Assembly (NCBI GenBank): GCA_039621445.1
Contig: CP154954.1
Location: 49,827,847-49,891,846 of the forward strand
Length of the DNA: 64,000 bases
Direction of reading: 5' to 3'
From: Euglena gracilis
Lineage: Eukaryota
Shown here: positions 27,776 through 40,100 of the stretch, piece after piece
Layout of the letters: each line of letters begins with the position of its first letter
Position numbering within the stretch: the first letter of the stretch is position 1
Made by a program: the position numbers and the translations under genes
The notes under the pieces: model-generated
What the model saw: only the letters and a program-made list of their open reading frames with translations
Databases searched by the model: none
What the model was told of the DNA's origin: nothing

Positions 27776-28560
27776 GAGGCCTTTGCTTAAGGACCCAGGG
27801 GGGGGGGTACTGGCTAGCCAATCGGCTAGACACTGGAAAAAATGGACTCGCTAGACCCCCCGGGGGGGGGGGTCTGGGGTCCCACCCATTGGAAATTTTT
27901 TTTCCTCCGGCGCTGTGCGCCAAGGTGGAAATGAGGTTTTTAATAGGGTTTTTTGGCTGATTTTGTTCCAAAAATTCCCCAAAATGGCCAAAAACGGGCT
28001 TTTTTGGCCATTTTTGGGGGTCCGCAAAAATTTTTTTCCACTAGCTAGCCCTGCTAGAAATCCCACTAGCCAAATTTGGACTAGCTGCAGTCCAGCCCCC
28101 CTCGGGGGGGGGGGGGGGTACTGCAATCCCTTACCCCCCCCCCCCCCTATGTCCAATGACCGGTAACCTCTGACCGGGGGGGGGGTGGTCGTTGGACATA
28201 GGGTAATGACCAAAAAGGTGTCCTCTGACCGGGGGGGTGGTCGTTGGACATGGGGTCAAAAGAAAGTTGGTGGGTACCCGGGTCCCTACCCACCCAAAAA
28301 TGCCCAAATTTTCCCTTCCGGCGCTTTGCGCCGAAAATTTTGGGCAATTTTGAGAAATTTTTGTGCAAAAAGTGTCAAAAATGGCATTTTGGCCAAATTT
28401 TTAGCCAATTTTTGGGCAAAATTTTTCGTCCCGGCGCTTCACGCCGGGGCCAAAAATTTGGCCAAACCTCCGAAAAGGTGTCCTCCGACCGGGGGGGGGG
28501 GGGGGTCATTCGACATAGGGGGGTCGTTGGACATAGGGGGGGGGGGTAAACAAAAGCCTG
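27776..28560. mobile_element. CAGGCTTTT-family MITE containing a nested TA-TSD element (28134-28546)
   Basis: Ends GAGGCCTTTGCTTAAGG..CAAAAGCCTG. TSD CTTGGAAA/GTTGGAAC (6/8). Confidence 0.75.
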
Positions 28561-31368
28561 GTTGGAACCCAGCGTTTTCCTTTTTGGCGTGAAATGCAAG
28601 GGTTCCGTGGTCTCCTTGTCCAAATACAGTCGGACAGTCCGACCATTTTTGGAAATCAAAATCATCTTTTGAATGCGACAAAACGAAACAACAGTTTCGG
28701 AGAACGCAGGACCTTAGACCGGGTGGGTGATGGTAAACGTAGGTGGGGTCTCCCAATCTCTGGCCGAAACAACAGTGTCTGGTAGGACTACACCTCGGGC
28801 ACTTTCATTGGAGGATATAAAAAAAAATCAAGCACTTTGAAACCGTTTCTGCGTACTGAATAGAAATGCTGCCATCGTTTTGGCAAGAACAAAATGGATC
28901 CAGTTGAGCTCCAGCATGGTTGTTCAATTTGACTCGCGTGCAACTGATTCCAAGGCGCAGCAATGCATTGTTTTGTTGAAGCAGAATCAATATTGATGGA
29001 GGACAACAAACAGCGGAGCAGAGGGCGTCGCTGCCGGGAGAATAGAACGATGGCCGAAGGAGGTGGCAGCCAATGGAGGCTGCGGCCATTCCACTGCCAG
29101 AGATCAGGCGCCTGCGGCGTGGGGACACAGCCAGAGGGAAATACTGCCATCTGTCTGTCTGTCGGCTTCAAGATTCTACTGTCAAATTCACCATCCAAAC
29201 GTACAATTATTATCAACTCGCTTGGGTGAGAGGTTCGGGCCAAAGACCAGTCAGTCATTCTGGAAAACCAATCAATCCACCCCCTCCCACCCCTCAGAGG
29301 GGGGGGGGCAGGGAAAAAAAGCACCAACAGCGACCATGTGTCAACTGACAAAATTTCAACCCACACACACACATATTATATATATAGATATAGATATAAA
29401 CAAAATCCCCTAGAAAAATGACATACCAAACACACCAGACAACTTGACGGCCAAGCCTCCCACAACACTCGTACAATTTGCTGGCTTGCAAACACATTCC
29501 AGGCAAAAAGGGAATGAATACAACTGTGAGCAAAACGACTTAAAAACTGGCTCCTGGCAACTTAAAAACTGTTGAGAGTATACTATTCCTTATGATTTTC
29601 ACATGAATGTTTTCCGCAACAACTTTCTTCAGCTCCGATTCACTTCGTTATTGTTTTCACTGAAACTTACCAAAACCTTTGATTCAAATGCTGATACACA
29701 GCTGACCACTCCTGTGTTTAAGCACTAAAATTTTTTTTCACACTGAATGCCGATCATTGGTGCAGGCTCCTGGAAAAAAAAGCATGGGTCGGTGTAAAGC
29801 TGCAAAAGCAGGGGAAAGGAGGTAATGGCCAAAATAGAGGTTGCCCAAACTGGGCCAGTAGTCTGACCCGGGGTCCATCTGACATGTGACATCTGACAGG
29901 CTGGGTGGGGGCCATACCATTGCAATGAAAATTTGCTAAAAAGCGTCAAAATCAAAAAAAAAATCCGGCACCTTCGGGGCCAGGACAGCCACTTTTTTCA
30001 TTTTCGGCCTACCCCACCCCAGCGGGGGGGCTCTTGGACAGAAAAACGGTCAATCACTCAGCCAGTCAGTCACCCCCTGGGGGGTGGGGTGGGACAGGTG
30101 TTACCCCCCCCCCTTGTCTAAGCACCAGAAAAGATGGGTAAGAACCGGGGGGGGGGGGGGGTGCTTACTTTGCCAAAATATGGGTAAGAACCAGGGGGGT
30201 GGTGCTTAGACAAGGGGGAAAATTTTGACTGCAAAAAAAAAATCCGGCGCTTCGCGCCAAAAAGGGAAAATTGCCCTTATTTTGGAGGTCCACTGCCGAA
30301 CTTACACACATTTGGATGCAGAAATCAACAATACCAAATCAGGTCTCAGAAATTGCAGAAATTTGGAAGTTTTTGAGAAATTTCCGTTAAAATGCAAACA
30401 AAATAAAACTCCCCGTACGATGACTTTTAAAAAGATGGGTAAGAACCGGGGGGGTGCTTAGACAAGGGTGGTGCTTAGACAAGGGGGGGGGGGTAAGCAA
30501 TGGTACAACTGAGAGCTTTGTTCATGCCTCCCCTCGCCGCTGTGGGACGTGGACCCGGGGCGTGGAGTGGGTGGTGGGTGGGAGGGTGGTGGGGCGACCC
30601 ACCCACCCAGCCACGGTGGTCCAGTACAAAGAAAATCCTTCAAAGCCAAAGGGGAAATTGTCACTTACCCTCCCCCCCCTATGTCCGACGACCAGTAACC
30701 TCTGTCCTCTGACCGGGGGGGGGGGCGGTTGTTGGACATAGGGTAGTGACCAAAAAAGGTGTCCTCTGACCGGGGGGGGGGGGTCGTTAGACACAGGGTC
30801 GGGGAAAAAAAGTTTGCCGAAACCCCCCCCAAAAAACAGGTCAAAATTTTCCTTCCGGCGCTTTGCACCCCCATTTCCAGCCCTGTCAACAGATATTTAC
30901 ATAAATAGCACCCAAAACTGACATCCTTGGACGATTTTGTGGTGGAGGTCATGTCAAGAGAACATGCAAAGAAAAAAAAATGCAAACACAGGTTGGTGAC
31001 CAATGTAAAGAGGCTCTGTGATGGAAAACACCGGTCACAGAAACGAAACGGAATCACAGCGACGCAACCATAACGCAACTTCCTTCAACAACCGCAGGCA
31101 CTATATCCCCGGTGGAGCGCTCGTAATACACAAAACTCCCCGGAGGGAACATTTTAATGGACGATGGGCTGCGGGGTAGAGAAGGGCGGAAGAAAAGCCT
31201 TTCGGGGCTGGCAAACCTCCGGTTTTCACACACGTGCAAAAAAAAAACATCAAACCTCCGAAAAGGTGTCCTCTGACCGGGGGGGGGGGGTCGTTGGACA
31301 TAGGGGGGTCATTGGACATGGCGGGGGTAAGAATCGGTGCCACCGGAATTAAGGGAAGGGGTGGCTGA

Positions 31369-32359
31369 CTGGGGATTTCTTAAGGACCCCGGAGGGGGGT
31401 CCAGCCTCTGGCTGGGAAAAAGGCTGCTGGCAGGAAACGAGCTGCTGGCTGCCCCCCCCCCCCCACCCCGTGGGGACAGGGAGGGGGGAGGGGGTGGTCC
31501 GGGGCTGGAGGGGTCAATGAAAAGCAAAATTGTATTCAAAAATTTTGCCTTCTCGACATTTCGATGGATGGAGCTTGATCAAGGCTGGATTGGGACTAAA
31601 AGAACAGCCAGCTGGGCAGCCCGGTTGCCCAAGCCTCTGGCCGGGCTGGACCCAACTCTATTTCACTCGACCCCCTGGGGGGGGGGGCTCCCAGCCAGGC
31701 TTTTGCTTAAAGACCCCTGGGGGGGTACTGGCTACCTACCCCCCCCCCCGGGAAACTGTCACCTGACAGGTTGGCCGGTACCGGGGACCCTGACAACTTC
31801 CTATACTGACAGGTTGGCCGGTACCGGGGACCCTGACAGTTTCCCGGGCGGGACCCTGACAGGTTCTCGGGCATGACAGTTTCCTGGGGGGGGGGGGTAG
31901 CCAATCGGCTAGACACTGGAAAAAGTGTACTAGCCAGACCCTCCCCCCCCCGGGGGGGGGGGGGGGGTCCGCGGGTCCCCCCAACTGGAAAAAAATTTTC
32001 CTCCGGCGCTGCGCGCCGTTTTTGGTTTTTTGGTTTTTGCCATTTTTGAGGGTCCCAAAAAAAATTTCCGGCGGCCACTGGAAAAAAATTTCCACTAGCT
32101 AGCCCTGCTAACAGACCCCCCCCCTGGGGGGGGTCTGCTAGAAATCCCACTAGCCAAATTTGGACCAGCCCCAGCCCCCCCCCCCCCCCCCCGGGGGGAC
32201 TGCAATTCCTTGAGCAAAAGCCTGCTCCCAGCCCCCCCTCCCCCCCTGGGGAGGCTCCCAGCCCCGATTTGGGCTGCTGGCTGGATTTGAGCTGCTGGCT
32301 TGCTGGACCCCTCCCCCCCCCCCCGAGATGGGGTCCCCTCCGGCTTAAGAAATCCCCTG
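31369..32359. mobile_element. Outer TIR element enclosing 31696-32224
   Basis: Inverted repeat GGGGATTTCTTAAG/CTTAAGAAATCCCC. TSD not clear. Confidence 0.65.
31696..32224. mobile_element. CAGGCTTTT-family MITE with perfect 8-bp TSD
   Basis: TIR CAGGCTTTTGCTTAA/TTGAGCAAAAGCCTG. TSD CTCCCAGC on both sides. Contains TA-TSD element 31735-31897. Confidence 0.9.
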
Positions 32360-35300
32360 GTCACTGGCTGATCGGATCACACTGGAGGGGGGAGAAGGGG
32401 GAGGGGGGTTGAGGTCCCGTGCAGCTCCTCCCCCATCCGAATTTCCCTCGATTGCGAAAGAGAGGCTCCACTGCACATGTCACGATGTCAGGAGCACATT
32501 GCAGGTCAAGATAAGTCCCCCAAGCCCTCTCCACCGGGGGTCTTGAGCACAGATTCACTTAATGAACCATGGGCATGACTCGTGGGTAAACTGGGGGTAC
32601 TTTTCCTGGGGAAGAAAGAAACAATGCCTTCGTTATCGAAGCTTGAATTTGTCAAACCTCCACCAAAAAATGACACCCGGGTCTTATTCTTTGGTCTGTT
32701 GCTGGAAACCTCCAGGGTGTCTTCCTGGATTTTTTCTTGACCGACCCAGGCCCGAAAAAAAAAATCCTTTATCAGTTTCCCAAAACAATAAAAACTTTCC
32801 TTCGGCGCCTCACGCGATGTAAAAGTTGGTGTTGGTTGACATTTACCATGTATTTTTGGAGTTGAAATTGCGGTTTTCAATGATATCTCAAGGAAATTTT
32901 TTTACCCTGAGAAGGAGGAGTGTTATTTTTTGATTTTTGCTTGATCACCCCAGACCCCAGGGGGGAGGGTCATATTTTGGGGGGGTCTTGTTTTGGGGGG
33001 GGGGTCAGTTGTGTTTCTTTCTTTTTCATTCTCTGCAATTGTTCAGCCGTGTTTGGAGAATAAGACTGACTTGGAAACTTTCCACAGTCTGCGGCAAGGC
33101 ACATCTTCCACCAATGAAAAAATTCCTGCCTATCTGGTGGGTGCAGTTCTCTTCGGCTGGCCAGGACCAAACCCACCCAATTGTTCGCGTGAAAGGCCGG
33201 TGAAGGGAATCCATGGCCTCAAGGCGGGCACAGGGGCCTTACTGTACGGCGCTGGCTGCCCCAGCCACCTCGCCCCGTTGCGGGCCGCGCCTCGGATCGC
33301 CCCGGCGGGGAGGGGGCGCTGGGCGGGGGGAGGACGGCGGGGCGGGTGGCCCGGCCCCTGCCGTCGCGTTACAGCGGTTGGGTGGCGAGTCGTGCGGGTG
33401 TGTGGCTGCGGTGGCACAGCCCACTGGGCACTGGGGAGGAAGGAGGGCGTTGAGGGGGTTTCTTACTCACCCCCCTGTGTCCAACGAACCATTGGGTAAC
33501 AAAAGTGACACGCCGAAGAGCGAGTGTTCATGAGAAGCAGTTGTTCAGTAACAGCAAAACTTCAATTATGGTGGCAAAGAAATGTGGTCCGAACAGACAG
33601 GGGATATATGTTGGACGTGGGGGGGGGGTGCTCCAGCATGAAATGGTTTTAATGGCGTTCCAGGGCTGTGTTGAAGATCTCCCAACTTTTCTTCTAATTA
33701 CTCTCAAAATTTTTTGGAATTGTCCACGCATGTGACAGCAAAAATTTTGCCATAATTTTAAACCGGCCGAACTCAGGCTATGCACAGAGCGAGATAAAAA
33801 AAAACAAATTGGTGGAAAAGACGTTCCAATGGCTTCATTTTGCGTCTTGGATACTTCCTTGCATTGTTTGTCATATTTGAGGAAAATGAAAAAAAATTCT
33901 TTCTTTTCAAGAAATTCTTTCCCTCAAAATTGATCGAAATTTTGATCAATGACAAATGGATTTCTGTCAGAGCAATACAACAGGGCACACACATTTGGTT
34001 TGTGGAGGCCTTCTTATCATAAATTTTTTTCAAAATGCAGATTGTGCTCAACCTGAGAAATGTGTGGGCGACGCTACAATGGGGGTACCCATCCCGCAGT
34101 GTTGGCCCTACAGATATCCTCAGTGTGCATTCCTGTTCGGCCAAGATAAACCCAAGGCTATTTCTCTCCGGTTTGCGAAAGGAATTAAGCCACAACAAAT
34201 TTGTACAAAGAATGGACATTGGTGGGGTCTCTTTGGAAGTGGCCCATTCAAAAAAAAGAGTTCCATTGAAGAACTTTCACCCCACTTCGGTGGATTTATT
34301 ACCCTCTGGGGGACTGTCACCAGACAGCTTTGTCCAACAACGAGGATCATCACAACACCCCATAATGACAAACGGGACAATATGGCAGGCTTGACAGTTT
34401 CCTTGGCGGGGCCCTGAGAAATTTCGGGTATCCACTTCTGCCCTACCTAGGGGGAGGGGGGTTGGGACTGGTCACTTTGGCCACTTTGGGACTAAATGGC
34501 TCAAACTCAATGCATTTCGGCACAACTCCAAAAAAAAATTCCGTCGCCTTCGGCATCAGGGGGCCAACTTTCGGTCGTTCCTGGTTTTCTGGAACGGATG
34601 CATGACTGTGGATCAAATGCCACGTTCCCCCCTTTCGCATATTTATGCCCTGTAACACGTTCTTTCTGCCAGCCAGCATTCGTTTGCGCAATTGTGCAAA
34701 GAAAGGCTAAAAAACATATTTGGGAAGTTGACCACCTAAGACTTGGGACAGACAAGTTGACTGCAGTCCGCGAAGCCACCAAGCCAGGGGTCCAATGAGC
34801 TGGGGGGCATACATATGAGTTAAAGGACGTTGGAGGATGCTCGCAAACATCTTCAAACATGTTCCAGGAAGTTTTTTGAGCATGGGAAACCCCCACCCAC
34901 CACGGCGTGACGATTTGGCCTTCCACACTTCCTCAGGAACAATCGACCCCAGTATGTTCCAGCCCTTGCTGAAACCCTGCAGCCGGGGGGGGGGGGGCAA
35001 GTGGGTTGTGGGTTTCGTTCTGACCAACGTCTTGTCGGCCCAAAATGGTGTGCAGCTGCAGGTATATAGATGACTGGAAAATTTCGTCGTGAGAGCCGGG
35101 GGGGTGAATGTGTACAGACGTGTGTGTCTGTGAGTGTGTGGGCATGAATGCAATTGCTCTGTGACGTTGTGACGGTGTGAGACGGAGGTGCTTGGGGGCA
35201 GGAGGAGTATTGGATGGGGAATTTGTATTTTTTCGACAGTTTATGGAAAAATGGGGCTCCACCCCTTCTTGGGTATCTTTCCCCCCCTTGTCCAAGGCAC

Positions 35301-35428
35301 CACAACGTTCAAAGAAAATGCTGTTGGCACTGATAAACAGACTGGGTTGTGTCCCAGAAAAGTGTGGTTGACACAGGGGGGATTGTCACGGTGAGTCCTG
35401 GGGAGAGGTTGGGGGGGGGTACACATTG

Positions 35429-36379
35429 CAGGGATCCTCACACGTCCGTGCTGGCCGAGGCCAAAATGTATCCGTGATTTTCCGTGATTTTCCCTTCCGG
35501 CGCTTTGCGCCGAAAATTTTGGGCAATTTTGACAAATTTTTGTCCAAAAAAGTGTCAAAAATGGCACTTTGGCCAAATTTTTGGCAAAATTTTGGGCAAA
35601 ATTTTTCGTCCCGGCGCTTCATGCCGGGACCAAAAAATTGGTCAAACCTCCGAAAAGGTGTCCTCTTACCCGGGGGGTGGTCATTGGACATAGGGGGGTC
35701 GTTGGACATAGGGGGGGGGGGTAATATATATAATATAGTCCTGGAGATCCCCCAGTTCCTATTCACACCTGCATATGAAAATAAAAAACATACAGGAGGG
35801 GAAAAAACAACCTTTTGTCCTTGAATTTTTTTCTTGATTGCCCCCTAAATGTGTTGCCAAAACCCTGTCAGCAGACCGATGTAGCGATTGCCCTTCCACA
35901 TGCAGCCTGGGCAGGAAGGTGGAAGGTCATAAAACCCAGACACCCTCAACTTGTGTGTATTTTTGGAGAACGCCTCTGATGCTTTCGAGGTTTAATTTTG
36001 TGACTGGGAGACCGGAATGGAGGAAAACGGCCACAAAATCATCTGTGATTGTCTGGGTGAGGTTTTGCTTCTTCACCGACTCCCAAAAATCCAACTGCTT
36101 CAGTGGGGTGTCCTGGCTAGGAAGAAAAATTACAAAAAAAAATGAATTGGACGACATTGTCTGTTTGGAAAGGCAGAGAATAAGCAAAGCATCCCATCAA
36201 AATGTGTCTGCGCCAACAAAACACATTCAAAAAAAAGACCAAAATTTTTTTCCGAACCCCCTCCTCATCCGTGAATTTCCGTGAATTTCCGTGATTTCCG
36301 TGAAAATGGCCTTCTGCCCATTCCGTGATCCTCCGTGAATTTCCGTGAATTTCCTTTTCAGGACATGTGAGGATCCCTG
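35429..36379. mobile_element. CAGGGATCCTCACA-family element with 7-bp TSD
   Basis: TSD CACATTG. ~600 bp of interior nearly matches 13797-14470. Carries a partial poly-G-ended MITE at ~35490-35721. Confidence 0.85.
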
Positions 36380-37135
36380 CACATTGGGCCGATTGGCACC
36401 TTTGGGAAACGGCTTGAAGGGCGTTTGAGAGAGGGGCAATCGATTCCTTGGCCTCGGGGCAGTCATCAATTTCCCCTCCAAAGAATGCCGGTCCCTTCAG
36501 CACCGGAGAGGCCAATTTTTTGAGGCCCCGGGGGACGGTTCCCCAACACCGGCCCCCGAAAATTTTCTTTTGTGGAGGTCAACTTCCTGGGGGTGGAGGG
36601 GGGGTAGGTTATCTCGCCAAACTGCAACAAAAAGAACCTCTTTGGAAAAATGGACCTCTCCAGGCAAAGCCAGTGCCTACATAAAGGGGGAAACAGGAAG
36701 GCAAACACCCCCCCTGGTGGCAAACTTTATGTGGGGTGAGGGTGCATTTACCAAACAGGTTAACACTTCGGAAAGGAAAAAAGCAATCACCTTGGAAAGC
36801 GGTGCCTCAGCAATTGCATGCCAGGGATAGACGCCAATGGGTCTCTGAAACAGAGCAGCACGGCAAAACTTGGTGGCTGGTGTGCAGTGCAGGGGCTCAT
36901 CGCCTGGATGGAAGCGTTGGTCGGGGTGCAGGTCATCCCGGCAAGCAATGTGCCTGCCAGTTGCAATGTCAGCTGTTGGATGGAAAAAAAAAACGGCCAA
37001 CCGGTGGGGTGGAGAGAAATGGAGATTGACGGCGATGGGAGCGAAGCATGATGGATGTCGCCCCTGCCTGCGACACCCCCGCTGCGACGACGCTTAATTG
37101 CCAGCAGCAGGTGGCAACCAACAGGCCCCGCCCAC

Positions 37136-40100
37136 TCAGCAGGACACGAGGTTCAGGTCCCGGAAGATGTCGAGCAGCACGCTGTCCCTGCGATGCCGTT
37201 GCTCTGGGGGGGAAATGGCGGTTTTTGCATCAAACAAAACCAGCACTCCCCCTCCACCCCCCGACGGGGGTGAGGAGTTAGCAATGGTATGGCCCAGCCC
37301 CAAGACGGACTGTACGAAGCGCCGCGCCACAGAGTATGCGGGGGCGGAGTCCTCCGCCAACTCCTTCGCATCCTTGCCAGAAGGCTGTCGCCAGCGCCCC
37401 CAGCAGGTTTCTTTTATCTTGTTATATCGAACCCACGACCCATTTTTTTTTGGGTTTGAATCTACGCTCCAAATAGGCTCCTGCACCAAAAATAAAGCGG
37501 GTGCCTACTGGGTCTGACCCCACCCCCCAGGCAAGGCCTACCCCACACCCAGGTCACCAATTTTTTTAAAAAAATATTCTCGGGCCCTGTGTGGCCATCA
37601 GGGGCATTGCATATTTCTGGCAGATGCAAAAAGCGATTTGACAGGCAGCGCTGCACGCCAGCAGAACTCCTCCTCCTCCTCTGGTAGGATCTTCCGCATG
37701 CTCTCGGCGAACTTCTCAAACTCTGCTACTTGCAGGCACCCGAGGTGAGGCAGCTGCAATTCCTGGTTGTCGGCAGGACGCATTTATTTTTCCAGCAGCC
37801 TCAGCAGAAACTTCCAGGTTGTAAACTTGCTCCAAGCCACACGTTTTCGGCAGTTTTTTGTTGAAAAAAAAACGTTGTTTTTTTTTTGGTGGTTCCCAGC
37901 CGGACCAAGATGAAGAAATTCATTCCAGTCGTCTTCTGGCTGGAACCCCTCAGGGCAAGCGGAAAAACCCAATTGAGTCCCAGCAACCCCTGCCCTTGGG
38001 GTTTTCCTTGCCTTGGGCGTCTGGCCGTCAGGTCTGGGGCCGCCGACACAACGGCCGGCCCAGCGAGGGGCGGGTTCCCCGGCACATCCTCCTCCCCGGC
38101 GCCCTCGGAGTCCTCGGCGGCGGCCGGGGCCTCCGCCGCGGCGGTGCCGGCGTCGGTGGCGGGGGCCGCCGCCGCCGGAAGGGCGATGATCTGCCCGGGG
38201 CCGGCGGGGTTGGTCACCATGACGGGGCTGCAGGGCCCCGGCCATGCACCGGCCGCGGAGCGGGCAGGCTGGGGGGATGGGGGGGGGGGGCAATTTTCTT
38301 TGTGCGTTCATACGCCGTGTGCCTGTCTGTTTGGGGATTGTTGGACTTTCTGGAATGTCTTTGGCGAGATGGGTGGTGGTCAAGAGAGGCGGGGAATCGG
38401 ACCTTTTTCCCCGCCATCGACCTGTTCTCGCCGAAAGATGCCAAATTATTTCCCCTCTTCTTGTGCTTTTTGAATTGAATTTGCTGGACAGCGGAGTTTT
38501 TATTTGTATCTGCTTGGAGACCGCACCCAGACTCTCCCGTGTTCGAGCCAATCTGACCCAGTTCAAACCTCGTGACCGCCGGGCCTTTTTTAGGAAACCT
38601 GAAACACTCTCGTCAGAAAGAAGCGGGGAGAAAAGCGATTCAATAAATGAGGAAAAACGGTGGCTCTGGGCGGGGTGCAGCTTGTTGCACTTGGCGCCGA
38701 ACTTGCACTGGCCGGTCATGGCCCACACCTCGCACATCTCCCGCCCGGCCTGCGCCTCCACCGCCTCCGACAGCTGCTGGTACGCCGTGAGGTCTGGGTG
38801 GACAAAGCGGCACTGGGACCACTGCGGCCGGCCGACCAACCCACTACCTGAAAATTCCAAGCAATTTGGAGTAAACCGGCAGGGATACTTTGGTAAAACG
38901 CTGCATCCAGCGGGGTATTGATCATCTAATTACGTGACAAATTACAGAGGGAATTTTCTCCAGAGGCTGTGATGAGGTGGGGGAAATCACGATGTTGCAA
39001 ACACAATCATGATGTTGCAAACACAGACACACGCACGCCCGCAGCCCCCCCCCCAACACAACCCACACCCACTCACCCACCCGCCCGCCCACCAGGCACC
39101 TATGGTCACTTCCCATTTTGGTGCTCTGGTCGGCCCTGGTCGGCCCTGGTCGGCCCTGGTCGGCCCTGGTCGGCCCTGGTCGGCCCTGGTCGGCAAATAG
39201 TCGGCCATAGGTGGGGGTATCGTCACAGAAAAAAAGATTGTGAAAAATGACCCAAAATTACCAAAAGGGCGTAAAATGGCCAAAATGCCATAAAATATGC
39301 TCACAATGACCCAAATTAGCCCAATATTTGCCAAATCAGTGACAAATGGCCCCCAAGTTAGCAAAAACTGATCCGTAATGGCCAAAATGGGTGTAAAACT
39401 GGAGATTTGTAGGGAAATTATCCAAAAATGGGTTGAGTTCTTCAAAATATACAATATACTGGCACAAAATGCTCAAAAATGGTCAAATTGGACCAAAAAG
39501 AGACCAAAAAAAATGGGCAAAATAACAAAAAACGTCGAAAATGGCTTTAAATGGTCAAAAATGGCCCCAGAGCAGGACAAAATGGCCCAAAATTACAAGA
39601 AGTGCGCAAAAAGTGGCAAAAAATGGTCAAAATAGGTCGAAATTGGTGAATTATGGTGACAAATGGGCCAAAAGGGGACAAAAGCGACCTAAAATGGCCA
39701 AAAGCGGCCAAAAGTAGCCAAAAGTGACAACATGAGCCAGACGAGCCAGAAAAATCTCAAAATCTGGGATAAAATTCCTCATTCTCACTGAAAAAATGAC
39801 ATCAATCAGAAAAAAAGTTGCACGGTCGGCTGCGGTCGGCTGCGGTCGGCTGCGGTCGGCTGCGGTCGGCAACCCACCTATGACAGTCCTGAAACCCGCG
39901 GTAACCCGCGGTCGATGCTGCCGGGCCAGCATCGTCCTGCATCGCCCAGCACCGCCCAGCATCATCAAAGGAGCTTGGTTCAGAGGGAAAGCTGCCTAAG
40001 TCCTTCATCCATTCCCCTTCGGTCGGCCAATCACATGCAAGTCGGCCCTGGTCGGCCCTGGTCGGCCCTGGTCGGCCCTGGTCGGCCCTGGTCGGAACCC

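Noticed and set aside
28600-29250. Low-repeat stretches that might be decayed transposase or retroelement ORFs (also ~15300-15620, ~33850-34400, ~62000-63000)
   Set aside because: No catalytic motif I can recognise; a translated homology search is needed.
37784-38860. 358-aa ORF as a single-exon gene
   Set aside because: Only the zinc-finger exon matches the paralogs. The rest reads through an intron and the wrong frame of exon 3.
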